Part shown: positions 10,631 to 21,601 of the stretch, piece after piece | Numbering within the stretch: position 1 is the stretch's first letter | How the letters are laid out: each line of letters starts with the position of its first letter | Made by a program: the position numbers and the translations under genes | Notes under the pieces: generated by a model | What the model was told of the DNA's origin: nothing | Databases searched by the model: none | Seen by the model: the letters and a program-made list of their open reading frames with translations, nothing else | From: Candidatus Helarchaeota archaeon | Lineage (GTDB): Archaea > Asgardarchaeota > Lokiarchaeia > Helarchaeales > RDOG01 | DNA: 64,000 nucleotides | Assembly (NCBI GenBank): GCA_019058315.1 | Contig: JAHPZH010000006.1 | Span: 96,001 to 160,000, forward strand | Reading direction: 5' to 3'

Positions 10631-10873
10631 TTGTGCGGTAAAGTAAGAACTGAAACAATAAAAAGGTTAGCAACTCAAATTTATGAAAAATTTCCAAGTG
10701 AATTCACATCAGATTTTGAACATAATAAAAATGTTCTAAAAAGAGTAACTAATTACACTTCAAAACGTTTTAGAAATAAAATTGCTGGATATATTACGAG
10801 AATTTTTGTTAAAAAACTAGAACTTGAAAAATTAGAAGAGGAAGATATCGATTATATGCAAACTCCCTCATAA
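10631..10873 (+). CDS. rps17e: 30S ribosomal protein S17e
   Basis: GKVRT..IKR, FT.DFEHNK, SKRFRNKIAGYIT. Confidence 0.95.
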   Translation: MCGKVRTETIKRLATQIYEKFPSEFTSDFEHNKNVLKRVTNYTSKRFRNKIAGYITRIFVKKLELEKLEEEDIDYMQTPS

Positions 10874-11113
10874 ATCAAACTTGAAATTCTAATTTTATAG
10901 TAATAATTCTACTCAAATTAAATGAATTTAAACCATCTAATTAAAATATATGAAAAAGAAATTTTTAAATTAATCAAATTCAGATTATATTTGGATGATG
11001 AAACTGACCTGCAAGGAATTAAATTTTCATTGAAGCAATGAAAATATTAAATGACTTGAATTTGTAAGTATTTCTGACATTCCTATTTTTTTTCTTTTTA
11101 AAAGAAATTCATC

Positions 11114-11323
11114 TTATGAATTAGTTACAATAATCATATAAAATTGATAAATTATTAATATTCCAATAATTATGGCTAAAATGATAAAAACTGGAATAAA
11201 TAGAGGAAAATCCCTAGCTTTACTAAAGACTAATGGAATTGTTATAATAAACGGAATAGTAAATATAAAAAGTGTTATAAAATCATGACTTAAAGGAATT
11301 AGAATTATCTGTCGATTTACAAT
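11114..11323 (-). pseudogene. Hydrophobic 69-codon open frame without a canonical start (small membrane protein or remnant)
   Basis: Hand translation IVNRQIILIPLSHDFITLFIFTIPFIITIPLVFSKARDFPLFIPVFIILAIIIGILIIYQFYMIIVTNS*; two TM-like stretches. Confidence 0.25.
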
Positions 11324-11464
11324 TTAAATCATAAATTTTCGACTATCCAGATTATTAATAAAAAAATTAAAAAATACAATTTAAATCACCAAATTTTTTT
11401 TAAAAATATACGATTTAAACTCCTCGTATTCTTTTCTAATTCCTTTTCTTAAATAATTTGAATT

Positions 11465-13702
11465 ATGAGTTTAAATATATTTATTTCAATTAATTTAAGA
11501 ATAATAATGAAGGAAATATCAAATAATTGCAAAACAGAATTAGAATTAGTTTATGAAAATGATGAATCAACACCAAATAAGTTGTTGAGGAGGCTGAATT
11601 ATCTTTGTTTTAAAAATGAAAAGTGCAAAGATAGAAAAATCTTCTCGCATCCAATTTGTACTTATAATTGCTATAGAGATCTTTCAAATTTTGATAAAAT
11701 TGATGAGATTTTTTTTATTAATGAACAATTTAAGATATGTTTTTATAAAAATCAAACTGAAATGTTAAAAGAATTATCAAATTATCTACTAAAAATAAAA
11801 AAAATAAATTTAAGACTTAATCTGTTTAATAATTCATGTGTAAATCGTGAAACTTGTCAAAATAAGTATCAGATTTTTTTAAAAAGAATATTTGGAAGTA
11901 AAACTAGAATAGGATTACTTTTATCTAACCCTATAAGAGCATACGTTGAAATTATAAACGAAATTCATGTAATTATTTCATTAATTGAGAAGAATAAAAA
12001 CTGTAAAAAATGTTTGAATCACATTCTAGAGGATTTAAAAAAAATAGAAATTTCAATAAATCGGCTCGAATTTTTTAAAAAATATATGAATTTAACACCT
12101 GCAGAAAAAAAAGATCCATTAGAAAGAATTTATTTAAAACTTTTTCAATTAAAAATAATACAGAGCGAAGAAAAGTTAACCGAAAGCTTTGAAACGAACA
12201 AAATAATTGATGAATATTCAGTAGGTCCGTATTTCATTCAAATTTATAATAATAAGAGGAAAGAAGAGCTATTCTATAAATATTCGAAATCTATTACATC
12301 TAATGATTTAATAGGGAATTTTATTGATACAAATGCAGTTTTAAACGAAAAAATAAGATTTTTTACTTTAAATGAATTAATAAAATATAAATTGCATAAA
12401 ATAACAAATCTTTTAGAATCAAATTATAGTAGTTTAAAATTAAACAAGGAAAAATTTGTTGAATTACTTTGTTTTGAGTCCATTGGATTAAATAAAATTA
12501 TTCCTTTTCTATTAGATGATCTTGTTGAAGAAATATTTCTGGATAATCCTATGTCAACCATATATTTAGATCATAGTAAATATGGTAGGTGTTTTACGAA
12601 TATTAATTTTAATTCTAATGACATTGAAAATTTTAAAACTAAAATTAGATTGGAAAATAATTCATTACTCGATGAAAAACATCCATTTTTAAAAACAGAT
12701 TTAATAACTGATTTTTTTAATATAAGAGTGGCATGTAATATTAGTCCTTTGGCCGCTGATGAATTTAATTTCGCAATTAGAAAATTAAGGAAAAATGTAT
12801 TTTCTATTATTGAATTAATAAATCTTAATACAATTTCCTTTAAAGCTGCAGCGTATCTGTGTCTTTTATTATTTCATAGGAGAAATATTTTAGTAATTGG
12901 AGCACCAGGAGCAGGTAAAACAACATTGATTAATTCTTTAGATATTTTATCTCCAACAGAATGGCGAAAAGTTTATTTGGAAGATGTTATTGAGAGTATT
13001 ACTCAATATAAATATGGAAAACATCAAGTTAGATTTCATGTTTCAGCAAATTCTCAAGAAAATACTTTATTTTCAAAAAAAATTCAAGTTAGAGAGTCTC
13101 TTCATAGAACTCCTGACATGGTATTTATTGGAGAATTAATTCATAAAGAAACTGTAAAAGCTTTTTTTTTCTTATTAAAAACTGGACTAAGATGTGGACT
13201 TGGAACCTGCCATGGAGAATCGCCTGAATTAATTATTCAAAGATGGATAGAGGATGATGAAATACCTTATAATTCTATTAAAAATCTTGATGTAATCGTA
13301 CAAATCGCCAAAACAAAATTTGGAAGAAGAGTTATAAGAATTGCGGAGATTGGAAATAATAAACAAAAAAATAATATTGAAATCGTAAATTTATTTTTAA
13401 GAGACCCAGAAAATGATATTTTGAAATGTACTTTTAACTCATTAGAAGAATTATTTAATAAATCACCTGTGATAGGGAAAATAAAAGAACTTTTAATAGA
13501 AAATATTTTAGAAAATAATTTTGTTGAAGAGTTAATGACCTATTATAAATTCTTTGAATTATTAAAAAATCACGAAATTTATGAATTGGATGATATTGTA
13601 TCATATATTAAAAAATTCTGGGTCTTTAAAAAAAATTTTGAGATGCAACCTCAATTTTCATTTAAAAAATTAAATTCCCAGCTCCTAACTCTATTTGTAT
13701 AA
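11465..13702 (+). CDS. Type IV pilus/Tad (CpaF/VirB11/FlaI-like) assembly ATPase with Cys-rich N-terminal extension
   Basis: Walker A GAPGAGKT, Asp box LED..E, PDMVFIGE, TCHG His box. Confidence 0.85.
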   Translation: MSLNIFISINLRIIMKEISNNCKTELELVYENDESTPNKLLRRLNYLCFKNEKCKDRKIFSHPICTYNCYRDLSNFDKIDEIFFINEQFKICFYKNQTEMLKELSNYLLKIKKINLRLNLFNNSCVNRETCQNKYQIFLKRIFGSKTRIGLLLSNPIRAYVEIINEIHVIISLIEKNKNCKKCLNHILEDLKKIEISINRLEFFKKYMNLTPAEKKDPLERIYLKLFQLKIIQSEEKLTESFETNKIIDEYSVGPYFIQIYNNKRKEELFYKYSKSITSNDLIGNFIDTNAVLNEKIRFFTLNELIKYKLHKITNLLESNYSSLKLNKEKFVELLCFESIGLNKIIPFLLDDLVEEIFLDNPMSTIYLDHSKYGRCFTNINFNSNDIENFKTKIRLENNSLLDEKHPFLKTDLITDFFNIRVACNISPLAADEFNFAIRKLRKNVFSIIELINLNTISFKAAAYLCLLLFHRRNILVIGAPGAGKTTLINSLDILSPTEWRKVYLEDVIESITQYKYGKHQVRFHVSANSQENTLFSKKIQVRESLHRTPDMVFIGELIHKETVKAFFFLLKTGLRCGLGTCHGESPELIIQRWIEDDEIPYNSIKNLDVIVQIAKTKFGRRVIRIAEIGNNKQKNNIEIVNLFLRDPENDILKCTFNSLEELFNKSPVIGKIKELLIENILENNFVEELMTYYKFFELLKNHEIYELDDIVSYIKKFWVFKKNFEMQPQFSFKKLNSQLLTLFV

Positions 13703-13755
13703 TTTTATACCAGTTAAATTCTGCTGTTTATATATGAATTTCTAAATAAGTTAAC

Positions 13756-15324
13756 ATGAGTAATTATATTATAGAAAACGAAAAAAATCATTTATATAGT
13801 AGAATATGTAAAAGTATTTCAAAAATAAATTTATCTAAATTTATTTATTCACGAATTAACAGTGAAAAACTAGAAATTGCTGCTAAACACCTATTCAACA
13901 AATACTTTTTATCTCCTCAAGAAATAATTTCGACATCCATATTTTTCTTCTTTTTATCAATAATTTTTTCAATAATTTTAACGATATTTTTTAAAACCTT
14001 CCTTTTTTTAATTGTTGGAATAGTGATTGGTTACATATCACATAATATGATATTAAACAAATTGATAATAGAATATGAAAATGAAAAATTATTAATTTTG
14101 CAATATGTTGACCTAACCTTTCAAGAATTTCTAATAATTTTAGCAACAACAAAATCAATATTTGATTCGATTTATTTTATATCTCAAGGGAATTACCCTT
14201 TAATTTCAAAAAAATTTCAAGAAATGATATGGAAAATTAATCAAGGTTCTGAACCTGAAGAATTACTTTATAATTTTGCCCTTAATCAACCTAGTAATTC
14301 TTTAAGAGAACGTATTCTAAATATAATTGCATCAAATTATTCTCAAGATACAATTATAGAAGAATTAGAGAGTCATATTGTTGAAAAGGAAAATGAATAT
14401 CAAAAATTTACAAAACAATTAGATAGCAAATTAATTTTAGTAATCGGAATTTGTTCTTTTCTACCACTATTATTCACAATTACAATTTTATTAAATGGAT
14501 GGGAGAATAATATCTGGATTTTTATATTAATACCTTTTTTTTGGATTCTCCTCCGATATTTAAAAAGATCTTTGTTGAAATCAAAATTTATAATTTTCGG
14601 AAGCTTTGAAACCGTAAATTACAAAATTTCTAATAGAAATTTGGATAAAATGAAATTGGAATTTGAAGAACTGATTGAATTTCTATCATTTTTTGGAAAT
14701 TTTTTAAAAAGAAAATTTTCTATTGAAAGATCTTTTATCAATGCAGTTTTGAAATATAATGGGATTTTAAAATCCAAATTAATTAATTTTTTAAAATTAA
14801 ATCTTTTCAATAATATGTCGTTTATAACTGCATGGGAAAAGTTCACTCAAAGTCTTTTAAATGAACCTTCTATTCAAATTTTAAATTTAATCAAACGAAT
14901 GTTAATAAAAGATTCAATAAAAGCAGGAGATCAAATAATTTCTTTATTAACTCAATTGAAAAAAAATCAAAATTTAATAAAAAAAAGGGAACTTGTTTAC
15001 AAAACTCAACAATTTAAAATACAGTTAATATCTTTAATTTCGGGATTTATTTTAGGTTTATTAATTTCTTTAGCTCCAGTTTTTAGTCTCGCTTTTTCTT
15101 TTTCTAATATTGATTTAAAATTTCAAAATTTATTGTTAAAATCGGTAAATTATTTGAATTTTTTACCCCTAATTTTAACCTTAGTTGCTATTTTAATAAT
15201 CTCATCATATAATTTAGCCAAAATCATTAAAATAGCAAATCCGATAAAAAATATAATTTTAACATTAATGATCTTTGGATGTACATGGTACATTTGTTAC
15301 CTTTATTTATTTAATATGTTATGA
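13756..15324 (+). CDS. Type II secretion F-family (TadB/TadC/FlaJ-like) membrane platform protein
   Basis: Two repeats of a helical domain plus TM helices; directly downstream of the ATPase. Confidence 0.7.
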   Translation: MSNYIIENEKNHLYSRICKSISKINLSKFIYSRINSEKLEIAAKHLFNKYFLSPQEIISTSIFFFFLSIIFSIILTIFFKTFLFLIVGIVIGYISHNMILNKLIIEYENEKLLILQYVDLTFQEFLIILATTKSIFDSIYFISQGNYPLISKKFQEMIWKINQGSEPEELLYNFALNQPSNSLRERILNIIASNYSQDTIIEELESHIVEKENEYQKFTKQLDSKLILVIGICSFLPLLFTITILLNGWENNIWIFILIPFFWILLRYLKRSLLKSKFIIFGSFETVNYKISNRNLDKMKLEFEELIEFLSFFGNFLKRKFSIERSFINAVLKYNGILKSKLINFLKLNLFNNMSFITAWEKFTQSLLNEPSIQILNLIKRMLIKDSIKAGDQIISLLTQLKKNQNLIKKRELVYKTQQFKIQLISLISGFILGLLISLAPVFSLAFSFSNIDLKFQNLLLKSVNYLNFLPLILTLVAILIISSYNLAKIIKIANPIKNIILTLMIFGCTWYICYLYLFNML

Positions 15325-15364
15325 ATGAGATTTAATAAAGAATTATCTTGAATATATTTAGAGG

Positions 15365-16255
15365 CTAATCTTGAGATTCAACAGATCTAGACCATTCATC
15401 AATTGCATTGGATAAAATTGAAACCAAATTTTCACGAAAAGTTGGATTTATTGCTACCATAGAATAACAAGGAACACCTAATAATCGTTCAATTAATTTT
15501 GGTTTCATTGCCCTCGGCATATCTTGCTTATTAGCGATTCCAACCGTATGAAGTATTCTCTCTTGTTGTTTTTGTCTTATTATTTCTAAATATACCTTTT
15601 TTGTTTCCATCACATTTTCAACAGTACTATCTGTCACTAATAAGACAATGTTAGTTCCACGTAATAAAAAAGTCCATAAAGGAGTATATCTCTCCTGACC
15701 AGCAAAATCCCAAATTATTACTTCAAAACGGTCAGATAAACCAGTTAATCTTTTTACATCAACTGCAATTGTTGGATTATAATCTAATGGAACCTCAGTT
15801 CCTCTCATCAAATTAAGCATTGTTGTCTTTCCAACACCACCAAACCCTACAAGCGCAATTTTGATAATTCCCATTAATATTTTTTCTAGACTTGTATTAA
15901 AACCATCAAAAGCACTTGAATCCCTTCCATCCCAACCCAAAGCTTGTATACCAAAATCTTCTACAAAAGAATCTCTTGTTCGTTTTAATCTCTCTCTCAA
16001 TCCTAAGTCATCATCGCCTTCATCTGCACAAAAAACGAATAAATAATCCCTATATCTTCCAGGTCCTGCAGTATAAACAAATTTTAAACGTCCAGTAACC
16101 ACTGATTTAATTTCTCCTTCTGATAAAGACCCTGCAAATGAACTTACAGCACTAAGAAAAACTGAGACAAGACTATCATCAACTTTAACGCTGCCATAGG
16201 TTTTATGGAATAAAATTGTTCCATCACTTCTGATAATGTAAACATGGTTTATCAT
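15365..16255 (-). CDS. Longin-like domain fused to a Ras-superfamily small GTPase
   Basis: N-terminal MINHVYIIRSDGTILFHKTYG (longin/adaptin-like); G1 GFGGVGKT, G2 YNPTI, G3 WDFAGQ, G4 NKQD. Confidence 0.88.
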   Translation of the reverse strand: MINHVYIIRSDGTILFHKTYGSVKVDDSLVSVFLSAVSSFAGSLSEGEIKSVVTGRLKFVYTAGPGRYRDYLFVFCADEGDDDLGLRERLKRTRDSFVEDFGIQALGWDGRDSSAFDGFNTSLEKILMGIIKIALVGFGGVGKTTMLNLMRGTEVPLDYNPTIAVDVKRLTGLSDRFEVIIWDFAGQERYTPLWTFLLRGTNIVLLVTDSTVENVMETKKVYLEIIRQKQQERILHTVGIANKQDMPRAMKPKLIERLLGVPCYSMVAINPTFRENLVSILSNAIDEWSRSVESQD

Positions 16256-16633
16256 ATTTTATTTTCTCCCATGCAATTACCTTTATAACTTATTTTTCTT
16301 TAAATAGCAATTTCTATGATAAATTCAAAGGCGTTTTGATATTTATTTAATCCATAAATTTTCAATTCTCATTTAAAGGAAAACTTTAAACTTAATTTTA
16401 AATATTTTTATTTCGTTGATTTAAATTTATTGCATTATTTTCTTCTAAAAAAAAATAAATGTATCTTATGAATCTTAAGAAATTCTTCCTTTTTTTTGAT
16501 CAAATTCTTCCTTAATTTTTTAATATCAGTAATTTGAGTAATTCGGATAAAGGAAAGAAACTTTTTTTAATTATTTTAAAATATTTGGTAAAATAATGAT
16601 TTTTTATTTACATATCTAACTTGGGTATTTTAA

Positions 16634-17938
16634 ATGAGAGAAGTATTTTCTAATAATAAATTGCTTTACATGTATAATCACTTAAAAATAAATAATCCGA
16701 ATAAAATTCCTGAAAAAATATATATTTGGGATGAAACACTTCGTGATGGTGAACAAACACCTGGAGTTAACTTATCATTTGAGCAAAAACTTAACATCGC
16801 AAAATTATTGGATGAAATTGGGATTAGCGTTATAGCTGTAGGTTTTCCGGCCGTTTCTGAATCTGAGAAAAAAATTGTTAGTGCTATAGCTAAAGAAAAG
16901 TTTCAGGCAAAAATAGCAGGAGCAGCTAGGGCTAAAAAAAGTGATATCGATGATTCTCTTCAATGTGATATTGATGAAATTCCAATTTTCTTTCCAACAA
17001 GTAAATTGGCTTTAAAAAAAGTATTAAATAAAGATATTAATGATTCAATTAAAATTGTTTCAAACGCCATTGAATATGCAGTTGATCATGGTGTAATTAC
17101 TGATTTCGTTGCAATGGATGCTACTAGAACTGAGTTTGAGACTCTTTTAAAATTTCTTCATACAGCAATCAAATGTGGTGCGAATAAAATAATAATTGCT
17201 GATACTGTTGGAATAATGCGTCCATTATCCATGTCTAATTTAATTAAAAAATTACGTGAGGATGAACTTATAAAAAAATCAACTATATCAATTCATGCCC
17301 ATAATGACTTTGGGCTTGCAGTTTCAAATTCCTTGGCAGGAATAGAAATGGGAGCAAATTTTCCTCATGTCTGTGTAAACGGATATGGAGAAAGAAGTGG
17401 AAATGCTTCATTAGAAGAAATGGTTTTAGCTTTAGAAATATTATATAATAAAAAGACGCTAAAAAAAGAAAAAATATTCGAATTATCTAAATTAGTGGAG
17501 GAATATTTTGGCTTACCTATTTCTGTTCATCATCCAATAACTGGGTTTAACAGTTTCTGTCATGAAAGTGGTCTACATGTAGATGCGATCTTACGAGGGG
17601 GACCTGAAACTATTGAACCTTTTGATCCAAGAATAATTGGTAGACAAAGACACTTTTACATGGGAAAATTCTCAGGAAGGAAAAATATAGAATGGATTCT
17701 CGATAAATTAGGAATTAAAGCAAATCCTGAACAAGTATTACAAATACTTTATCAAGTTAAAAGCAAAGATATTAGCAATTCGATTAAAAAATCGAAAGCA
17801 TTAATGGAATTATTTGAAGAAAAAATTAATCAAATATATAAAGCGTTTTCAGCTTTGGAATTTCTTAAAATCGTTGAATCTGTGACCAAACAAAAAATCT
17901 CTATTTCTAAATTAACCGAATATAATGAAATCATCTAA
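16634..17938 (+). CDS. DRE-TIM metallolyase, homocitrate/isopropylmalate synthase family (no LeuA regulatory domain)
   Basis: DETLRDGEQTPG, HAHNDFGLA, NGYGERSGN, HESGLH. Confidence 0.88.
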   Translation: MREVFSNNKLLYMYNHLKINNPNKIPEKIYIWDETLRDGEQTPGVNLSFEQKLNIAKLLDEIGISVIAVGFPAVSESEKKIVSAIAKEKFQAKIAGAARAKKSDIDDSLQCDIDEIPIFFPTSKLALKKVLNKDINDSIKIVSNAIEYAVDHGVITDFVAMDATRTEFETLLKFLHTAIKCGANKIIIADTVGIMRPLSMSNLIKKLREDELIKKSTISIHAHNDFGLAVSNSLAGIEMGANFPHVCVNGYGERSGNASLEEMVLALEILYNKKTLKKEKIFELSKLVEEYFGLPISVHHPITGFNSFCHESGLHVDAILRGGPETIEPFDPRIIGRQRHFYMGKFSGRKNIEWILDKLGIKANPEQVLQILYQVKSKDISNSIKKSKALMELFEEKINQIYKAFSALEFLKIVESVTKQKISISKLTEYNEII

Positions 17939-17951
17939 ATTTTCCTAATTC

Positions 17952-18635
17952 TTAAATTATTTTAATAAATATAATCAATAAATTTCCTATTATTAAAGTA
18001 AATACGAAAAAGGTCATTATTTGTAAAATTTCTTTGCTTTTTTTTACTTTTAAACAAATATTATTGGATTTTTCTAGATGTATTTTATTTTTTAAGATTT
18101 TAGTATCCAAAGTCACCATAATTAATGAAAAAAAGAGTATACCTAATATTAGACATAAAATAAAATGTAAAAAAAGCTCGATTATTATGAATTGATTTGA
18201 AATTTGAACAAATAATTTAATATAATTGTCAAAAATGTAAATAATTGAAATGATATTAAAAAAAAACAATATTTTTTTCTGAAATCGACAAGATTTGTTA
18301 TGTCTAATAAATAAATCTTCTACGGATTTTTCATTTGAAATCCTTTTAATCGGACCTTTAATGGTATAATAAAGAATATTCAAATTAAATTCAAAAAAAA
18401 TAATTGAAATAGTAAATATCAAAAAGAATAAGTCTGATTTTAAAAAATTGATTCCTCCCATTCCTTCAAAACCTTTTTGCAAACCTAAAGAGTAATCAAA
18501 ATGAATTAGTTCTACTAAAAAAAAGAAAATCAAAGAAAGATAGAAAGCGGATGAGCTTAGAATTAAAAGTTTTTTTTCTTTTAGACTCCAAGTCTCTAAA
18601 TATTCAGTTAATAATTTTTTATTGAAATTCCTCAT
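17952..18635 (-). CDS. Hypothetical multi-pass membrane protein
   Basis: 227-aa ORF with about 5 hydrophobic segments. Confidence 0.6.
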   Translation of the reverse strand: MRNFNKKLLTEYLETWSLKEKKLLILSSSAFYLSLIFFFLVELIHFDYSLGLQKGFEGMGGINFLKSDLFFLIFTISIIFFEFNLNILYYTIKGPIKRISNEKSVEDLFIRHNKSCRFQKKILFFFNIISIIYIFDNYIKLFVQISNQFIIIELFLHFILCLILGILFFSLIMVTLDTKILKNKIHLEKSNNICLKVKKSKEILQIMTFFVFTLIIGNLLIIFIKII

Positions 18636-18846
18636 TTAATCTTTCCGGGATAAAATTTTTTAAATATTTATTAAAAATAATTCAATTAAATTAAATAATA
18701 TCGTGTTATTTACTATTTTGAATTAAAAATTAAATTTAAAATCGTAAATACTTTTAAATTAATAGTCAATAATTATTTAACTTCCTTTAAGTAAAAAACA
18801 TAAATACCAAGTTTTTAATTATTCTAGTCGAAACTGGTTGATATTA

Positions 18847-19110
18847 ATGAGCCTAATAAATGATATAATCATCCGACCTGTAATGACAGAAGCCGCATTT
18901 GATTTAATTGAAAAAGAAAATAAATTAACATTTATTGTTGATCGAAAATCTAATAAGACTACTATTAAATATGCTGTAGAAAAACTCTATAATGTTAAAG
19001 TAGACAAGGTGAATACTTTGATTCAAAGAGATGGAAATAAAAAAGCGTATGTGAAATTAGTTCCTGAAGATAATGCGTCTGATATTGCTACTAAACTTGG
19101 AATATTCTAA
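18847..19110 (+). CDS. rpl23: 50S ribosomal protein uL23
   Basis: [30 protein letters not shown]. Confidence 0.96.
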   Translation: MSLINDIIIRPVMTEAAFDLIEKENKLTFIVDRKSNKTTIKYAVEKLYNVKVDKVNTLIQRDGNKKAYVKLVPEDNASDIATKLGIF

Positions 19111-19126
19111 AGAAAGGTGAAATATA

Positions 19127-19840
19127 TTGGGAAAAAGAATACGTGTTCAAAGAAAAAATAGCCCAACTTTTAAAGCTAATACTCATAGAAGAAAAGGTAA
19201 AATTGCCCATCTTTCATTAAATGACCAAAATGTAACTGGTAAAATTATTGATCTTGTTCATGAAAGCGGAAGAGGTGCTCCTTTAGCTCTAATAAATTTT
19301 GATAATGGAAAAAAGGTGTATATGTTAATTCCTGAAGGAGTATTTATTGGTCAAAAAATAGAAATAGGGGAAAAAGCTGCAATAAAAGAAGGAAATACAT
19401 TACCACTAAAAAATATACCCGAAGGAACTCCTGTATTTAATATTGAATTAAAGCCAGGTGATGGAGGTAAATTAGTTAGAGCAGGTGGTACTTACGCTAC
19501 GATAATATCTCGATCCTCGACAAAAATAATGATTCGTTTACCTTCTGGAAAGCTGAAAAGTTTTATTCCGACATGCAGAGCAACGATTGGAATTGTTGCA
19601 GGTGGCGGCAAACCCGAAAAACCAATTGTAAAAGCAGGAAAGAAATTTCATATGACAAAGGCTAAGCGGAAAAAATGGCCAATTACACGTGGAGTGGCAA
19701 TGAATACTGTAGACCATCCTCATGGGGGCGGTGGTCATCAGCATATAGGTAAAAAAGGATCTACTGTATCTAGAAATGCACCACCAGGAAGAAAGGTAGG
19801 ACTTATTGCTGCTCGCCGAAGTGGAAGAAAGAAAAAATAA
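19127..19840 (+). CDS. rpl2: 50S ribosomal protein uL2
   Basis: MGKRIRVQR, GRGAPLA, RGVAMN..DHPHGGG, PPGRKVGLIAARR; TTG start after GGTGA. Confidence 0.97.
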   Translation: MGKRIRVQRKNSPTFKANTHRRKGKIAHLSLNDQNVTGKIIDLVHESGRGAPLALINFDNGKKVYMLIPEGVFIGQKIEIGEKAAIKEGNTLPLKNIPEGTPVFNIELKPGDGGKLVRAGGTYATIISRSSTKIMIRLPSGKLKSFIPTCRATIGIVAGGGKPEKPIVKAGKKFHMTKAKRKKWPITRGVAMNTVDHPHGGGGHQHIGKKGSTVSRNAPPGRKVGLIAARRSGRKKK

Positions 19841-19868
19841 AATAGTATGTTCTAATATATTTTGTCTA

Positions 19869-21419
19869 TTAAACACATGAAAAAATTATATTGCTTATAT
19901 TCCCACCATAATCTTCATAAGTTGTTATATCACTTTCAGTAGGATTTACATTATAATAAAGTGGGTTTGTATGCAAATAACTCAAGAATCTTTCGGGATT
20001 AATTTCTCTATAAGTCTCTGGATATTTTTTAAAGCGCCATTTCTTTTGCAATGTAATTATTGACATATAATAAGCCCAGATCTGCTCACTGCTTAAAATA
20101 AGTTCGTTATTTTCATTAATTAATGAATATGGAGGTGGAAATATAGCTCTATCAAAAAAATCCCAATTTTTAGTATTTAATTTAATTCCAAATTTTTCAG
20201 GATTAGAGAAAGGTTCTGTTCCAGGAGTAGGAATAAAAATAAAGCATATTGCGGTTTGAATTAAATCACTTTTATTTAAAAAATTTAGACATTTTAGATT
20301 ATGTGTCATGGTTTCAACGTTTTCGCCTGGAAATCCAATCATCCAACTTGGGATTGAATTAATATTATGCTTCTTTACTTTTTTTAAAGCTTCATATTGA
20401 ATATCCCACGAAGGTTTTCTCATATTTTTTAAAATTTTATCGGAAGCATTTTCTACTCCGATTGTAATAAAAGATTTTGGATGATCTGCTAGCATCTTGT
20501 TTATTAATTCTAAACGTTCATCATTTACTAAGTTTGCTCTCATCAGAACCATCCCTAATGAATTATTAAAATTTAGTTCAGAGATTTCTTTAACTAATTC
20601 TTTAAAATTTTTTATTAAAGGTAAATTTGTATCTCCAAAATCAAAAAAGACGTTATATTTTTCATTGAGCATTCTAATTTCATCAACGATAACATCAATA
20701 GATCTGAATCTTAATTTACGATTCCAAAAATGTGGATTTGCACAAAAAGTGCAATTATATGTACAACCCCTGCTACAATGAATTGAAAAATATAAGGGTT
20801 TTTTTAATTCGCTTTTTGGAATTAGATTAATGTTAATTCTTGGTAAATTTGCCAATTCCTCATCAGTTAATAAATTTCTATTAGGGTTTCTCTTCTTAGA
20901 ATTAGTTGTACCTAATATGTTGGTGTAATCTTTTCCTTTAACTATCTTATTAACTAGTTCTAATGTTGTAAATTCTCCTTCACCTCTGACTACGACATCT
21001 AGAGCTCCATTAAATTCCTTTATGGTTTGAGTATCTAAAAAAGTAACATGTGGTCCACCAGCTATGGTAATAATCTCGGAATTAATATGTTTAAAAATCT
21101 GAAATGCTTTTTTCAAACCATTAATATATGGTGTATAAGCATATCCCCCTACAATCTTTGGATCGTGTTTCTGAATTAAGAATTTAATTAAATCCGTTAG
21201 ACTTTTTTTAGATTCGAAGTGAATGAAATCATAATAAGAAATTGCGTAACCCTCATGTTCTAGTAAAGATCCAATACTCATTATGCCATTAGGAATAGGT
21301 AAAAGTTTCATTTTACTTTGACTTGAAATTTTTTCAAAATATGTATAAACTAGGTCTAAAGAACGAATCATTGGTTTCACAGGAGGTAAAATAAAGAGAA
21401 TATCTTTTTTTTCTGTCAT
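19869..21419 (-). CDS. B12-binding radical SAM protein
   Basis: GGPHVT, VRGEGE, SRGCTYNCTFC (CxxxCxxC), MIGFPGE. Confidence 0.9.
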   Translation of the reverse strand: MTEKKDILFILPPVKPMIRSLDLVYTYFEKISSQSKMKLLPIPNGIMSIGSLLEHEGYAISYYDFIHFESKKSLTDLIKFLIQKHDPKIVGGYAYTPYINGLKKAFQIFKHINSEIITIAGGPHVTFLDTQTIKEFNGALDVVVRGEGEFTTLELVNKIVKGKDYTNILGTTNSKKRNPNRNLLTDEELANLPRININLIPKSELKKPLYFSIHCSRGCTYNCTFCANPHFWNRKLRFRSIDVIVDEIRMLNEKYNVFFDFGDTNLPLIKNFKELVKEISELNFNNSLGMVLMRANLVNDERLELINKMLADHPKSFITIGVENASDKILKNMRKPSWDIQYEALKKVKKHNINSIPSWMIGFPGENVETMTHNLKCLNFLNKSDLIQTAICFIFIPTPGTEPFSNPEKFGIKLNTKNWDFFDRAIFPPPYSLINENNELILSSEQIWAYYMSIITLQKKWRFKKYPETYREINPERFLSYLHTNPLYYNVNPTESDITTYEDYGGNISNIIFSCV

Positions 21420-21601
21420 AAATCAAACCATTTGTATTTTTTTTTAAAATTCTTTAAATAATCTAAGAAATAATATAAAAACTACCAGTTTAACCCTACA
21501 AAATATAATGATAATGAAGTGACTTAAAAGAGAAAGAATTAATAATGATGTTAATAATAAATTATTAATTTTTACTTAATTGTGTAGAGTTGCTATATAA
21601 T

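Noticed and set aside
10990-11082. Box C/D sRNA candidate (ATGATGA...CTGA)
   Set aside because: The box spacing is too long and no guide target was identified; likely chance in AT-rich DNA.
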